Shown: one piece after another, positions 37,124-49,572 of the stretch
Layout of the letters: each line of letters opens with the position of its first letter
Numbering within the stretch: the first letter of the stretch is position 1
Made by a program: the position numbers and the translations under genes
Notes under the pieces: generated by a model
The model's input: the letters and a program-made list of their open reading frames with translations, nothing else
Told to the model about the DNA's origin: nothing
The model's database searches: none
Origin: Azolla caroliniana
Lineage: Eukaryota > Plantae > Polypodiophyta
DNA: 64,000 nt
Assembly: GCA_043228905.1 (NCBI GenBank)
Contig: JBHGNT010000008.1
Location: forward strand, 14,384,001 to 14,448,000
Direction of reading: 5' to 3'

Positions 37124-37813
37124 TGTCGCGTAGTTACGCGCGTGCGTGGAGAACAAGGCGGGACCACTGGGGTCTTGGACCGAGGAATAGGTGAGAAAAG
37201 GGAGAGAGAGAGACACGCTCACACACGTATAGACAAAGAAGCGCACGGGAACGCGGCCCAACAACACAGGAGACCTGAATTGAGCAAGAGCTAGAGTATA
37301 AGAACACTAGTGTATGTATATAAATATATGTATGTATGCAGAGGACTCGAACGGTTACAGCCGATCAGGTCGGCGAAATGGATGCCGACGCCTGATCACC
37401 CACGCACACAGGGGAGCAAGATGGAGATTCTTCCGGAAGCACACGGGCATTCCACGGAGCAGAATCAGCCTCTCGAGAACCTGTGCGAAAGAAATCTATG
37501 GAGAACGACAGAGAAGGAGAGCTCGGTCCCAGCCCGACAGCACTTCGTCCCCTCTAGCGCGCGATACCTTCTCTCCCCGTTTCCCTCTCTTTTATAGCTC
37601 AAGGAGGGAGGCCGTTTCACTCGTTTACATCACATTAATTCTCAGTCCTTTCGGACAGAGATACTCCTCGATTCTCCCTATAGAATATTGCTACCTAGGA
37701 TTCGACTTTTGTGCCTACCTATCTACTATACAACAAGGGGCGTGCCCACGTGTAAGGGCCGGTTCACACACGCTATACACGCTTTGCGCCTGGGGACGGT
37801 TTTCTTCACGACA
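37124..37813 (-). repeat. 3' LTR of Trp copy 2
   Basis: Direct repeat of 43533-44226. Confidence 0.95.
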
Positions 37814-37889
37814 TCCGCCCCCACCTAACCGCGCATCCACCGGTATGCGCCAAAATTGGGTTCCTACTGGAGGAAACCGGTCCTTGCTT

Positions 37890-40800
37890 TTATTCCTCGT
37901 TTACCGATTCGTCCTCCGCCTCGGGCTGCTCGTCGTTGTTGTCCATGCCTCCTAGCTCCGGCTCACCGTCGTGTCGTTTCTTGAACGCTTTGATCCTCTT
38001 CCCCGCTACCGGTATCGCCATTCTCGTACCGTCGAGCTCCGCGAGATGGTACGTCCCATTGCCGTTGGCGCCTGTTACTACGTAAGGCCCGAACCACCTC
38101 CTCGCAAACTTCCGCGTGGCCCTGTGATGATTGTCGAGGCTGTTGTCGTAGACTAGCACCCAGTCGCCTTCCTCGATCTTCCTTGGCCGGAGCCGGTGTG
38201 TTCGGTCGAACCGGGCTTTGTTCCTTATCCTCGCTACCCAAAGTTTCTCCGCGGCTCGCTCTACGTCCTCCAGCCTCCGCTCGAGCTGTCGAATCCGCGC
38301 CACCAACAGTTCCTCCCGGCTCATCTCATCCCTCCAGTCCACCGTAGCCCACGAGGAGATCGTTCTCTCTGTTGGCATGATCGGCTTCTTTCCGAACATA
38401 AGCTCTGCCGGCATGAACCCGGTTACCGAACTGTGTGTAGTCCAGTCCGCCCACAAGGCATAAGGTAGCAGCCGTGGCCAGTTCCCGACTTGGCCTCCGC
38501 ACGCCCGTACTAGCGCTTTGACAATCGGCCCGTGTCCACACTCTACCTTCCTGTTCGCCTCCGGATTGTACACTGTGGTGAGCGAAAGTTTGACTCCTAG
38601 CCGGTTGAATAGCTCTTCGGTCTCTTCTGCGTCCAACTCACCACGGTCAGCCACGATCTTCCCTACGCACCCGTATCGACATACCACGTCCTCAATCAAA
38701 AACCGGCACACGGCTGCAGTCGTCTTGTTCTGCAGGGCTCGGCCTTCAACCTGGTTCGTTAGATCCTCCCGAGCCAGCACCAGATACCGCATTTGCCCTA
38801 CCCCCATTGGCATCGTCACCAAATCCACCATCCACTTGAAGTGGACGATCGGAGGGTAGGTCGGGTGAAGCTCGTCCCGGTGTCGGATCATGGAGTGCAC
38901 CTAACAGCTTTCGCAAGTGTCACGAACTGATGCACGTCCCGGTATAGTCCCGGCCACCAGTACTTCCCCTTTAGCTTTTTGAACATGGCCCACGTTCCAC
39001 GGTGTCCAGCCCAAGGACTATCATGGTACGCCGCCAGCAAATCCTCCTGTTCCTCCTTCTTTGCCACCACTCGGAGCGGGATGTCGTTCCTCTTCTTCGG
39101 GTGCTTCCATATGTACCCGTCCCGGAGAAAGAATCGGTACGCTTTCTTCCGAATCCGGTTGGCCTCATCCTTTGTCCATGCCGCGTCCGGTGTCATTGTT
39201 TTCAGGAACCCGCCGATCTGCAGCCACTCCCCGTTGTACTTGCTCTCGTCGAAATCGTTCAGCGTTGGAGTGCATTCCCTATCGGTTGTTACGTAAGCCG
39301 CCTCGAAGAAGTCCACGTCGACTTCCTCGTCCTCCGAAACCATGCCACCCTCGTTTTCAAACCTCGCCCTTGAAAGCATGTCGGCCATGGCATTATCTTT
39401 CCCGGAAATGTGTCGTGTTTCCAGATTCAGGGACTTGAAGTACGCTATCCACCTAAGCATTGCCAGGTCCTGTGTCGCGCATCCGGAAACCATGCCAAGA
39501 ATTGGCAGGCAGTCCGTCTCGATAATTACCTCTGTCCCGATTAGGTATTCTTTATCGGCCTTTACCGCCGAAACGATACCCCAGAGCTCGCGTTTAACCT
39601 GGGCGTATCTTCGTTGTCGCTCGCTGGGGACCTTCGCGCCGAACCGGATCGGGAAACGCATGCCGTCCTCGTCCTCTTGGTTGACGACCCATCCGATCCT
39701 GGTCGGACTCGTGTCTACCGTTACGTAAATTGGAGTGTTTTTTCCGTAGACAGCCTTTCGGAGCGCCGGAGCTGCGGCAAGTGCTTCCTTCATCTTTCGG
39801 ACAGACTCCGTATGCTCGTCTCTCCACTCGAATTTTCGCCCCTTTTTCAGCAACCCGTATAACGGCTCCGCGAGGTGGGCGTAATGCGGGATCCATATGT
39901 GGTAGAACGCGCATGCTCCCAAGAACTTCCGAACCTCCGTGACCGAGCTACAGTCGTGCTTCATCGCAGAGGTGGCTTCTACCTTAGCCGGAGATGGTTT
40001 CTGGCCATACGACCCGCATAGGTGTCCGGCGACCATGATCTCTGATTGCCCGAAGGCCGATTTTTCCCCGGAGAAGGTGAGCCTCGCGCCCTCTAACCTC
40101 TGTAGCACCTTCTCACAGTCATTGATGTGCGTCGCCACGAATTTCCGGCACCCGTCCGGTCCGATCGTCTCGTCCCTTTCCTCCATCGGGCATCCCTTGA
40201 TCGGGACGTCGTCCAAAAACGGCATGGTGATGTCCGGGATACAATCCCTCAGCACCTTGTTCATTGCGTTCACCATGTGAGCCACCAAGTTCGTCCCTCC
40301 TTGCGGTAGGGTACACATCCGTACTAGGCCGAGAGGAATCCGCATTGTCGTGATGTCTCTGCTCTCTATGGCTAGCTAGAACTGATTGTACCCCGAGTAG
40401 AGATCACCGACCGAGTAAATCGACCTTCCGGCAAAGGCCTCCGCGAACTCGTCTATTGTCGGTCCGATTCCTGCGTTTCGAATGGTCACCTTGTTGACCG
40501 GCTGCAGGTCTTGAATAAAGCGCAACGTGCCGTCCTTCTTCGGCATGGTAAACCACCGATTCGAGTATGGGGCACTCGACGGTTCGAGGATGCCCATCTC
40601 GACCTTCTACTTTAACAGCTCCATCAGCTTCGGGATGTGAGATCTGGGTACTGCAATCGGTTTGAGACTCCACGGCACATGCGGTACCGTGAATATCACC
40701 ATCGGTTCCACGACTGTCGGGTCTACGCACCCGATCTCCTCCGGTGAGAATGCGAAAGCCTTCCCGTGCCTTCCGAGCATTCCCCGAAACCGGTCCTCTT

Positions 40801-41383
40801 CCGCCAGCAGTAGGAAGCCGCCCCCACCGATTTTGAGCTCACGTAGCGTTATGTCGGTGAACGTGTGTCCTGTGCGGGCCGGATTTCATAAACTCGGGTC
40901 CGATGCAACCCCCTTTATTCGCAACTCGCTGCCCTCCAGCAAGGGAGCCGCGACTGGCCTCACCTTCCGGTCCACAGTCTTATACCTCGTGTCCACCTGG
41001 GTCGTCCGATCCGACTCGAGCCCTTTACTGAAGTCCGCAATGACTTCATACATCCTTTTTGAACATACCGGAATCGTCTGGTCCTCTTTAAGGACTCCTT
41101 CGACTACCTCTCGCAGCTCCCCCAAGGTATCGTCGAAAGAGACCGCCTCCACGGCTCCATTGATTTCCTCTCCAGGGCCGAGGATACCACATGCCCGAAG
41201 TCGCTCCTCCGCCCTTTTCTTCTTCCGGCCAATGACGTCGACTATCGTACACCCTCCGTTGTCGGAGAACCAAAATTTCCTACTTATAGTACAGGTCTTC
41301 TTCGCTATCGTACACTTGTGGGGTTTTCCCGGAGTGTCCGGACTATCGTGGCCCCACGCCTTGATAGCCCTCTCTAAAAATCC
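37890..41383 (-). pseudogene. pol (RT-RH-INT) of Trp copy 2, in the -1 frame relative to gag-PR
   Basis: ORFs 40886-41152, 40376-40597, 38888-40345 (FLDDVPIKG) and 37890-38900. Confidence 0.9.
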
Positions 41384-43489
41384 TCTCGGTTTTCGCCCCT
41401 GAGGGTCTCACGGTTCCGCTCATGGTTCGATCTCACCGTCAGGAACTGGACCGAGTGACACCCGTCCTGGCTCTTGACCCTTGCATAGGCCGAGCCGTTG
41501 TCCAGCACCTTGGTCTCCATCCGTGTTGCCATGATATACGGTTCTCCTAGTATAACTGGATGTAAGGACGTCTCCTGCACGAAGAAGTGTTGGTCAATCT
41601 CGACATCGTCGATCTTTACTCGTACATTCGGGCAGGCTCCATGCAGTTCTTCGGTGGCACGCATCGCTGCCCGTATTTTCCACCTGTGCTTGGTGTTGAT
41701 CGGCCATTTCCCCTTCTTGTAGAAGTCCATGGACATCAAATTGATTTCTGAACTGTGGTCCACCAACGCAACCACCGGTTCATGAACATCTCCGATCTTC
41801 ACGGGGGTCTCCGTGGTCGCTCTGGCCCAGTGCGGCCTCGAATAGTGGCTCTCCACCAACTCATCTTCCAGCGCCATGTCCTCTATGTGCGTCGTCCGCA
41901 CCTCCACCGGCTTCTCTAGTTCTGTCTCCGTCGACAGCCTCTTCCTCTTCACCAAGTCTACGATGGAGTCGTGGAACTCCTTCTTGGCGATCCTGAGCAC
42001 TTCCCTCAGCGACAGTTCCACCTTGCTGTCGAGGATTCGTTCTTCCAGGACCTTTCGCAGGTCCGTGGATCTTTCGATTTCTGTGCCCAGCCGGTACCCG
42101 CCCTTCTTGGGATTATCCTGGGCGCCGATTACACCGGCCTTTTGGGAATCGAGTCTCATATCGTTGCGAGGGCCCGGCCCCTCCGGTTTTCCCTACCCGT
42201 TTGTCCTCCACCAGAGCCTCGTAGTTTTGACAAGTGGCTTCGACGAAGCCCGTCTTTTCTTCCACCAGGTCACTCCACCCGGTTACCTCCCGAACCCGTT
42301 TTTCCGCACGGTCCGCCTCTTCTTTCCTTAGTCGTGTGCCGGCGAGGCCTTCTAGCATCGTCGGCCAGAACCCGCCTTTGTTCGTCTTCGGGGCCTCGCC
42401 ACCTCCGACCCGAATACCAGCTGACACCGAGTAGTGGACGGTCTCCTCGTGACGAGCCGTCGCCTCCTCCATCAGCCTTTTCATACCTCCTCGCCCGACG
42501 TTCAGGTCCAGGGCCCTTCGGGTCTCGCTGGCGTGCACCCGACCGTTCCATAGGTACACCACATTGCTTCTCATCGCCTCGGCGAAGTCCCCGCAGTCCT
42601 TCCGGATGTGGCCAACCACGTCACACCACATGCACCTATTTCCAGCCAGAGGTCATCGGTCACGGGCCTGTTCGCCACCGTCCCTCCATGCCTGGGCGAT
42701 CTGGAGATCCTTTACCATCCGCGTCAGTTCCTCCAAAGTTGCTCCCCCGGACGAGCCCTTGACCATGCCGGTCGAAGCCGATCCGGTCTCGAGCCAATCT
42801 CGGGTCTCTTCCCTTCGCGTTGGTGGTGTTGGCTCGAGCTTCCTTGCTGCGACAAAGCCCGCCCCTGTCGATCCTTTGTCAACCCATTCCCGTCGTTTGT
42901 CGTAACGGCCACAGACCCTCTTCACCACGGCCCAGTCAGCCATCATCCCGTCATCAGTCTCCAATAGGAGGCCTACTTGCTCCCGATCCCGATCGTCAAC
43001 TGACTTAACAAACAATAGGACAAGACTTGTGTCCAGAATGGTCCGGTCAAGCACCGAGAGGCACGCGAAGCGTTCCTCAAACTCCCGAAGGAGCACCGAC
43101 TCGTTCTTTCCTTTGTCGGGGGTCTCCACCCACTCCATGAAGTCCCGCTTCAAAAGTCGAAGCACATCTTCAAGCCCGTATTTTTCTAGGAGCCGACCTT
43201 CGAACTCCTCCCAGGTCCGGCTCTCGGCCCGTACCTCGAGCACCTCCGTATGGATGCCCGGCATCGCCACTTGAGGGAATCCGACTAGACGCCTCTCTTC
43301 CGGAATGTCCCTCGTTACCATCTCAGCCCGGTAGGACGCCAAGTAGCTCGTGGCATCCTTCCCACTAAACTGGCCGATCGTATCGACAACCGCCTTGATA
43401 GCCCTGTCAAGGGCGTCGGTGCCTTCGCACGCACTCACTATACGGTCCACAGCCGAAGCCATGGCTTCTGCGAGGTCCGACCCCCTCAT
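41374..43489 (-). pseudogene. gag-protease of Trp copy 2
   Basis: ORFs 42653-43489, 42113-42631 (CxxC..H..C) and 41374-42159 (ALVDHSSEIN protease), ending EDF*. Confidence 0.85.
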
Positions 43490-43510
43490 CTTCTACTCCT
43501 CTGCCACCTG

Positions 43511-43528
43511 TTCACGTCGGGTTCACCA
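43511..43528 (-). promoter_or_regulatory. primer binding site, tRNA-Trp
   Basis: TGGTGAACCCGACGTGAA, complement of the plant tRNA-Trp 3' end; TCTT spacer from the LTR. Confidence 0.88.
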
Positions 43529-43532
43529 AAGA

Positions 43533-44226
43533 TGTCACGTAGTTACGCGTGTGCGTGGAGAACAAGGCGAGACCACTGGGGTCTTGGTCCGAGGAATAGG
43601 TGAGAAAAGGGAGAGAGAGAGAGAGACACGCTCACACACGTATAGACAAAGAAGCGCACGGGAACGCGGCCCAACAACACAGGAGACCTGAATTGAGCAA
43701 GAGATAGAGTATAAGAACACTAGTGTATGTATATAAATATATGTATGTATGCAGAGGACTCGAACGGTTACAGCCGATCAGGTTGGCGAGACGGATGCCG
43801 ACGCCTGATCACTCACGCACACAGGGGAGCAAGATGGAGATTCTTCCGGAAGCACACGGGCGTTCCACGGAGCAGAATCAGCCTCTCGAGAACCTGCGCA
43901 AAAGAAAGCTATGGAGAACGACAGAGAAGGAGAGCTCGGTCCCAGCCCGACAGCACTTCATCCCCTCTAGCGCGCGATACCTTCTCTCCCCGTTTCCCTC
44001 TCTTTTATAGCTCAAGGAGGGAGGCTGTTTCACTCGTTTACATCACATTAATTCTCGGTCCTTTCGGATAGAGATACTCCTCGATTCTCCCTATAGAATA
44101 TTGCTACCTAGAATTCGACTTTTGTGCCTACCTATCTACTATACAACAAGGGGTGTGCCCACGTGTAAGGATCGGTTCACACACGCTATACACGCTTTGC
44201 ACCTGGGGACGGTTTTCTTCACGACA
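43533..44226 (-). repeat. 5' LTR of Trp copy 2
   Basis: Minus strand TGTCGTG...GTGACA. Confidence 0.95.
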
Positions 44227-45157
44227 ACGGGGTCCCTTTTTTGGGCAAGAGCAAATCAAATGGTCGGGGCCGCCACAATAGAGACATAAATTGTTGGCCC
44301 ATCGATGTTGTCGTTGTGCGTTCGTCAATGGTCGGTAGCAAACTCGATCAATCTCCATTGGGGAGCTAGAATCTATGGCGGGAGTTGAAGATGAAGTGGA
44401 GGATGACATGGGAATCGGGGTCGTCAACCATAGTAGGTGACTTCGTGTAGCGGTTGGCCAAGGTGGATGGATCCGGTGAGGACGTTCCTCTTGCCGGAAC
44501 TCAAAGAGACGGTCATCGCAAAGTTAAGCCTCATTCAAAGATGGCCTCATTCAAAGATGTGGGCTCAGGAAAGTTAAGCAAAAGATTTTTTATCTCACCT
44601 CGTAATCCTCGACGGAATTGATCGAAGAGGGCTTGTCCATCCCATTTGACATCGCACGCGAGCTGATGAAATCCAAATGCATAGATTGATGCCGCACATT
44701 CTCCTTGTTGTAATGCATATAATTTGTTGAGTGCAGCTCGTTGTTTGTCGGTCTCCCCGAAAATTGCTTCGAATTCAGTAAGAAATGCTTGGAAGTCAGT
44801 CAAGAGGGGCGAAGAGGTCTCCACCAGAGGGGCAAACCAAGCTTGGGCTTGTCCTGTCAGCAATGTGCCGATGAGCCCGACTCGTCGAAAGTCATCAAAA
44901 TAGCGTTGGGGCTAAAGGTGAATACTAAGGCGGATCTTACTGATGAAGCCTCTTAACCATGACCTTGTTCCATCGAATTTATCTGGCAAGCTAACATTGG
45001 GTTCTATCGTAGAAGGGTCAATAATCGGGTGAGGTATGACCGTTGTGGTTGCCTAAAGTTCTTAGACGGAGTTTCGCAAGTTGGCATTCTCATGTTGGAG
45101 TTGTTGCAAGACCACGAAAATTTGCTCAAGGTTACTAGATGATTCTGACATGCTAGT

Positions 45158-45595
45158 TGTGAAATGTTACATGCGGAAGCTATACGAAACACAGAAGACC
45201 GACAGAGAAAAAACAGGTTTAATGGAGAGCTTAAGACACAATGTACGCGGGAGAGATAGAGAGTGAAAACACACAGAAAAATTGAATTCAAAAAATGTGT
45301 AAAAACTCTGTACATAGGATGTGCTCAGAGGGCAATTTTATACAAGTCCATACGGACTGATAGAAGTACTGACACGTACTTCAATGCTCATAACTGAGCT
45401 CCTACACTAACTCCCAAATATATTCCCTCACGGGATATCTGTTCAACGGCCTCCCGGTTTTCGCACCGATCCAGCCTCTTGTTGCGCACCGGTTTGCACA
45501 CTAGTTTACGTACCGGTTTACGACCAATGTTGAGCTTGTATCTCAACACTCCCCCTCAAGCTCAACTTGAGGCTCTTCCTGTCCTTCGCTCCGGT
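45158..45595 (-). mobile_element. 3' LTR (45158-45548) plus PPT remnant of second copia family
   Basis: Minus strand CTTGAGGGGGAG|TGTTGAGATACAAGCTCAACA...TTTCACA; similar to 22468-22885. Confidence 0.8.
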
Positions 45596-45599
45596 TGGG

Positions 45600-45765
45600 C
45601 ACATTTAGACTATTTACAAATATAGTCTCTCAAATCAGTTATATAATCGATTTCAATTTCAATTTTCAATTTCTACCTAGGTCTATCGGCCTCGACCGAT
45701 TTGCCCATTGGTTCCATCCAATTTGTCTCCTACTCTTCCCATCCGGAGGGACATGTTTCCCAACA
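45600..45765 (-). repeat. partial LTR related to the Tork-like family
   Basis: Minus strand starts TGTTGGGAAACATGTCCCTCCGGATGGGAAG, like 4532 and 24237. Confidence 0.7.
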
Positions 45766-46526
45766 ACACTAACAGGGGTTGTTCCCTGGAGCCCAATCTA
45801 CTACGAGTGATTACGACGAGCAAATGAATAGCGTCGATCGACTTATTCCATTGTCGTCTAACCTGATGAAGAACGGTTGAGGCAGAACTTGTAGAACAAA
45901 GACTCACTCCGAGCAGCTACAATCACAGGAGTAAAGTACAACCAACTAGCTTACTTCAAGAGTGATTTAGAACAATGGAGTGAAGAATTTCTAGGTGTTT
46001 CTCTTTGTTGAATATGATCTTGTAGAGAGTTTCCAAACGAGGGATACCATAAATGATCTTCAGAGTGCACAAAAGAAGAGTTATTGATGGAGAAAAAGTA
46101 GACTGTAGCAGCGGGATCACGAAGACGCCATGTTCGGATAATACCAGATGTTGTAAGTGTCTGTCAGGTGCAAAACAATCGAGTCTGCACTCTTCTAGTA
46201 GAAGATCTTTACCACATATATGAAAAACAGATTATGACCGATAGACAACTAGATCAAGAGACAAGATGAATGAGAACAAGAGAGAGACAGAGAGAGAAAC
46301 AACAAGCAAGCTAGGCACAAGAAGGTGTAACTGTATTATTCAAGCTTAAAGTTACAGAACGAATGGTGGCAATCACCAAGATGATCAACAACGAACTAGG
46401 TTACAAAGCCCATTATATATTTATTGGGCTAGGGCAACTGCCCTTTGACATATTTACATAATTGTCCTAAATCTAGTTTGTCCAAGATACAATGTGAATA
46501 CGGCCATTATAGGCCAATATTCGACA
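45766..46526 (-). repeat. probable LTR fragment of an unidentified family
   Basis: Non-coding; ends in ..TCGACA abutting copia RNase H sequence; minus-strand TATA and CT-rich tract. No second copy in the window. Confidence 0.4.
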
Positions 46527-49523
46527 GGTCGAACTTGTGTATACTCTGACAGATCAACAAGTTGTCGATATCTTCACCAAACCTCTCAGCCTGGACAAGT
46601 TGCGGCAATTTTTGAGTATGTCTGGCTTGCCGCACCTCGACATGCTGAACTTGAGGGGGAGAAGTAACGAGAGGGAGAGAGATGAAGTCCGAAAAGCCGA
46701 ATCAAACAGTGGGACAAGTGGAAGCAAAACAACTAAGTGTGGACTAACCCGATGCGGGGGGAATGGCCAAAAGGATGAGCCGAAGCCGGAGACAGTTGAA
46801 CAAGGGGAAGGCAGAGCCAACCTGAAGGAGAAGGCAAGGACCAAGACATGGGCAGATGTGGTCAAGGGCCAGAAGGAAGACGAATCGGAGACAGTCAATT
46901 ATGTCGAAAGACATGATTCGGACGAGTTGAATCACATGAAGGCCAACTGGATGAGAAGGCATAAGACAATGCCAAGGCAAGAGAGCCAACGGATCGAGGG
47001 TCGTCGGAGTCACTGAGGCAAGAAGAAGGATGATGAAGGTCTTAGTAGCAAACAAGCCAATAGAGCAGGTCGTGGGATGCGGGACTGGACCAGACGAGGA
47101 GCGCAAGTGAGGCGAGAAGGCGCCAAGAGATGCCGAGTGTGAGAATCGGCGGATGCTGACACAAAAACCGACCTCAAGTTCAGCTTGAGGGGGAGTGTTG
47201 AGCGAGCAAGCTCAACATGGGCCGGATCAGCTAAAAGAAGCTGAGAGCCAGATCGGATGGAGACCGATCGACTAGGCCCGAATATTCCTACTCATAGTAA
47301 TAGGAATATTTTTAGGAGTCTGTATCAGATCCTCCGTTAATGAGTGTAAAGAATCGGATATGATTCTTGTGCAGCGGAAGAGATGTGTGTTATATGTATG
47401 TGTGAGAGGAATTAGGGGAGAGAAGAGAGAACACAAGATAGATAGAAAAAGGAATACTCAAGAAGAAGGTGTATATTAACAAGTAGAATAGCAAATACAA
47501 AATGCAGCATTACAAGGAATCACAACCGACTTAGTATGAAGTATGAGGAGGGCGCTTTATATATAGTCACCCTCTCTCTTCATTAACTAACTACAACAAC
47601 CACTCTCTCTTGGGGAATGTGAAGACTCATAGTCATGGGGAATATGTAACTCATTAGTTATGTGTCATAGAATATGATTTTATGACACATAGTTAATGTA
47701 TAGAGAGTAGTGGTGTGACTCTTGACCTTTGAGTAATCATAGATTCTCAAAAGGTGTGTTCACACGTTGCACTATGTTGAGCTTGATTCTCAACACACCC
47801 CCTCAAGCTCAACTCGGGTTGGTTCCTTTTTATTGATGTCCGCTTCGGATGGTATCCGGTTCGGACGATCTCCATTGTCCACTTCGGCTCATACCCGGTT
47901 TGGACAGTATCCAATTCCCACTTGTACTCCCCCTCAAGCTTGGCAAGTCAAGGATCGTCAATCCAAGGTATGACATGAATTGCCGAAGCTTGTCAGCTCC
48001 TAGGGCCTTGGTGAAGATGTCAGTTGTTTGAAGATTTGTGTTGATGTGTAGAAGATCGACATCTCCAGCCTGAACACGCTCTCGAATGAAGTGGTAGTGC
48101 ACTTCGATATCCTTTGTGCGTACGTGGAACACCGGGTTCCGAACCAGATATATACCGCTCATGTTGTCACAGTAAATGGGAGTCGGATACTTCATGGGAA
48201 AGCCCAAATCCTTCAAAATCCTCTTGAGCCATACGGCTTCACATGCAGCTACGGCTACGCCCTTGTATTCGACCTCCGTACTCGAAAGTGCTACAGTTGG
48301 TTGCTTCTTACTACTCCACGACATTGCTCCGCTGCCAAGGGAGAAGACAAAAGCAAAGGTTGATGGTCGATCGACTTTGTAGCCGGCCCAGTCGGCATCC
48401 GTTGTCGTGTGAATCTTCACACACTATGTAAAAAAATAATGAAATAATTATTATAGATTAGATTAGTAGCTTACTATAGAAAGATGGATATACTCAAGAG
48501 CTTCAAAACGTATTTTACTAAATACAAAATAAAGAAATACATATCAAGTTATGTGAAAATGAAGTTTGAGAAGATAGGGAAATTATAACTATCCCACATA
48601 GATAGGAAACTTAAGGCCCTGGTTATATAAGCACCTTGAGCTCCCTCATTTTTCATTTGTGCTAAGAGCACTTTGGCCACTTTGTCTTGATGGATGATAG
48701 TGGCCAAGTTCCCAAAAACCAGAAACCGGCCGGTAAGCAAATCCGGAAACTAGTTGGTAAGCAAAACCGGAATCGGAACCAGCAAGCAAAACCAGAACCG
48801 GAACCGGAACCGGTCAGCAAGCAAACAGGAACCGGCTGGCGAGGGATTCGGCGATCGGGCGGAACCAGCTACCAGACGAGGTTGGATGCGAACTGACGGA
48901 AGATTGGATCATACAAACTAAAGTAAAGTGAAGAGAACTAAAGTAAAGGCCATGTGGATGCAAGCAACTAAATTGGAGTGCATGCAAAAAGTAAAGGTCA
49001 TGTGGACGGTCGCATGCAACTAAAAGATACAACTAGAAGAAAAAGCTAAGCAACTAAAAGTAGAGGCCAAGCAACAAAAAGTGGACATGCAGATGATCAA
49101 GGGAGAACTCCATATAAAATTCCATTTTTTTTCCTACACTCAGGCTCTCTCCATATTATCTTAATTTTTTTTTCTTTTCCTTCTGAGCTCTCTTATCTTA
49201 TCGAAGCCAAGAACCCTAAATTTCCTTACGGAAGTCATAAACCCTAATTTTCCCTACAAAAGCCATATAATTTTCCTATCGAATCCGCATCTTAGTTTTT
49301 TCTAATCTATTATTCTAGTAATCTCCATAAGCTAAAACTTTTGTAATCCCAATCTTGGGACTGATTGTAATTTTTCTTTTCTATTTATTAATGAAATTTG
49401 TCAATCTTTCTCATTTTCCATTAATTGTTTAATATAAGCATACGAATTTGATATCTTCTGGTCGGAGGCCTCGGGGTCTTACGTCAAAGTTCACGTATCC
49501 TCGTCGTAATTTCGTGACATCTT

Positions 49524-49541
49524 TGGTGAACCCGACGTGAA
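49524..49541 (+). promoter_or_regulatory. primer binding site, tRNA-Trp
   Basis: TGGTGAACCCGACGTGAA after a TCTT spacer. Confidence 0.88.
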
Positions 49542-49572
49542 ACGAGGCAGTAGGAGGATATCAAGTACGAAG

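Larger units (their letters stand above)
37124..44226 (-). mobile_element. Ty3/gypsy LTR retrotransposon, tRNA-Trp family copy 2, full length
   Basis: LTRs at 37124-37813 and 43533-44226, PBS 43511-43528, PPT 37814-37825, 4-bp TSD ACGG. Confidence 0.95.
22886..45157 (-). mobile_element. degenerate chromovirus-like (Tcn1/PEG10-type) Ty3/gypsy internal region hosting three insertions; own LTRs not present
   Basis: Gag from ATG at 45151 (SLPDKFDG.., LCLYCGGPDH), PR about 26500-26850, RT 24810-26066 (YLDD), integrase to GPF..HNVF at 22886. No chromodomain is visible because the element is cut there. Confidence 0.8.

Noticed and set aside
37310-37955. ORFs inside LTRs (also 9640-10029, 43723-44071, 55384-55890)
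   Set aside because: They repeat only because the LTRs repeat and show no recognisable protein features.
22468-45548. Giant element bounded by inverted repeats
   Set aside because: The two repeats are diverged copia 3' LTRs, each with its own PPT on the outer side, so they are independent insertions.
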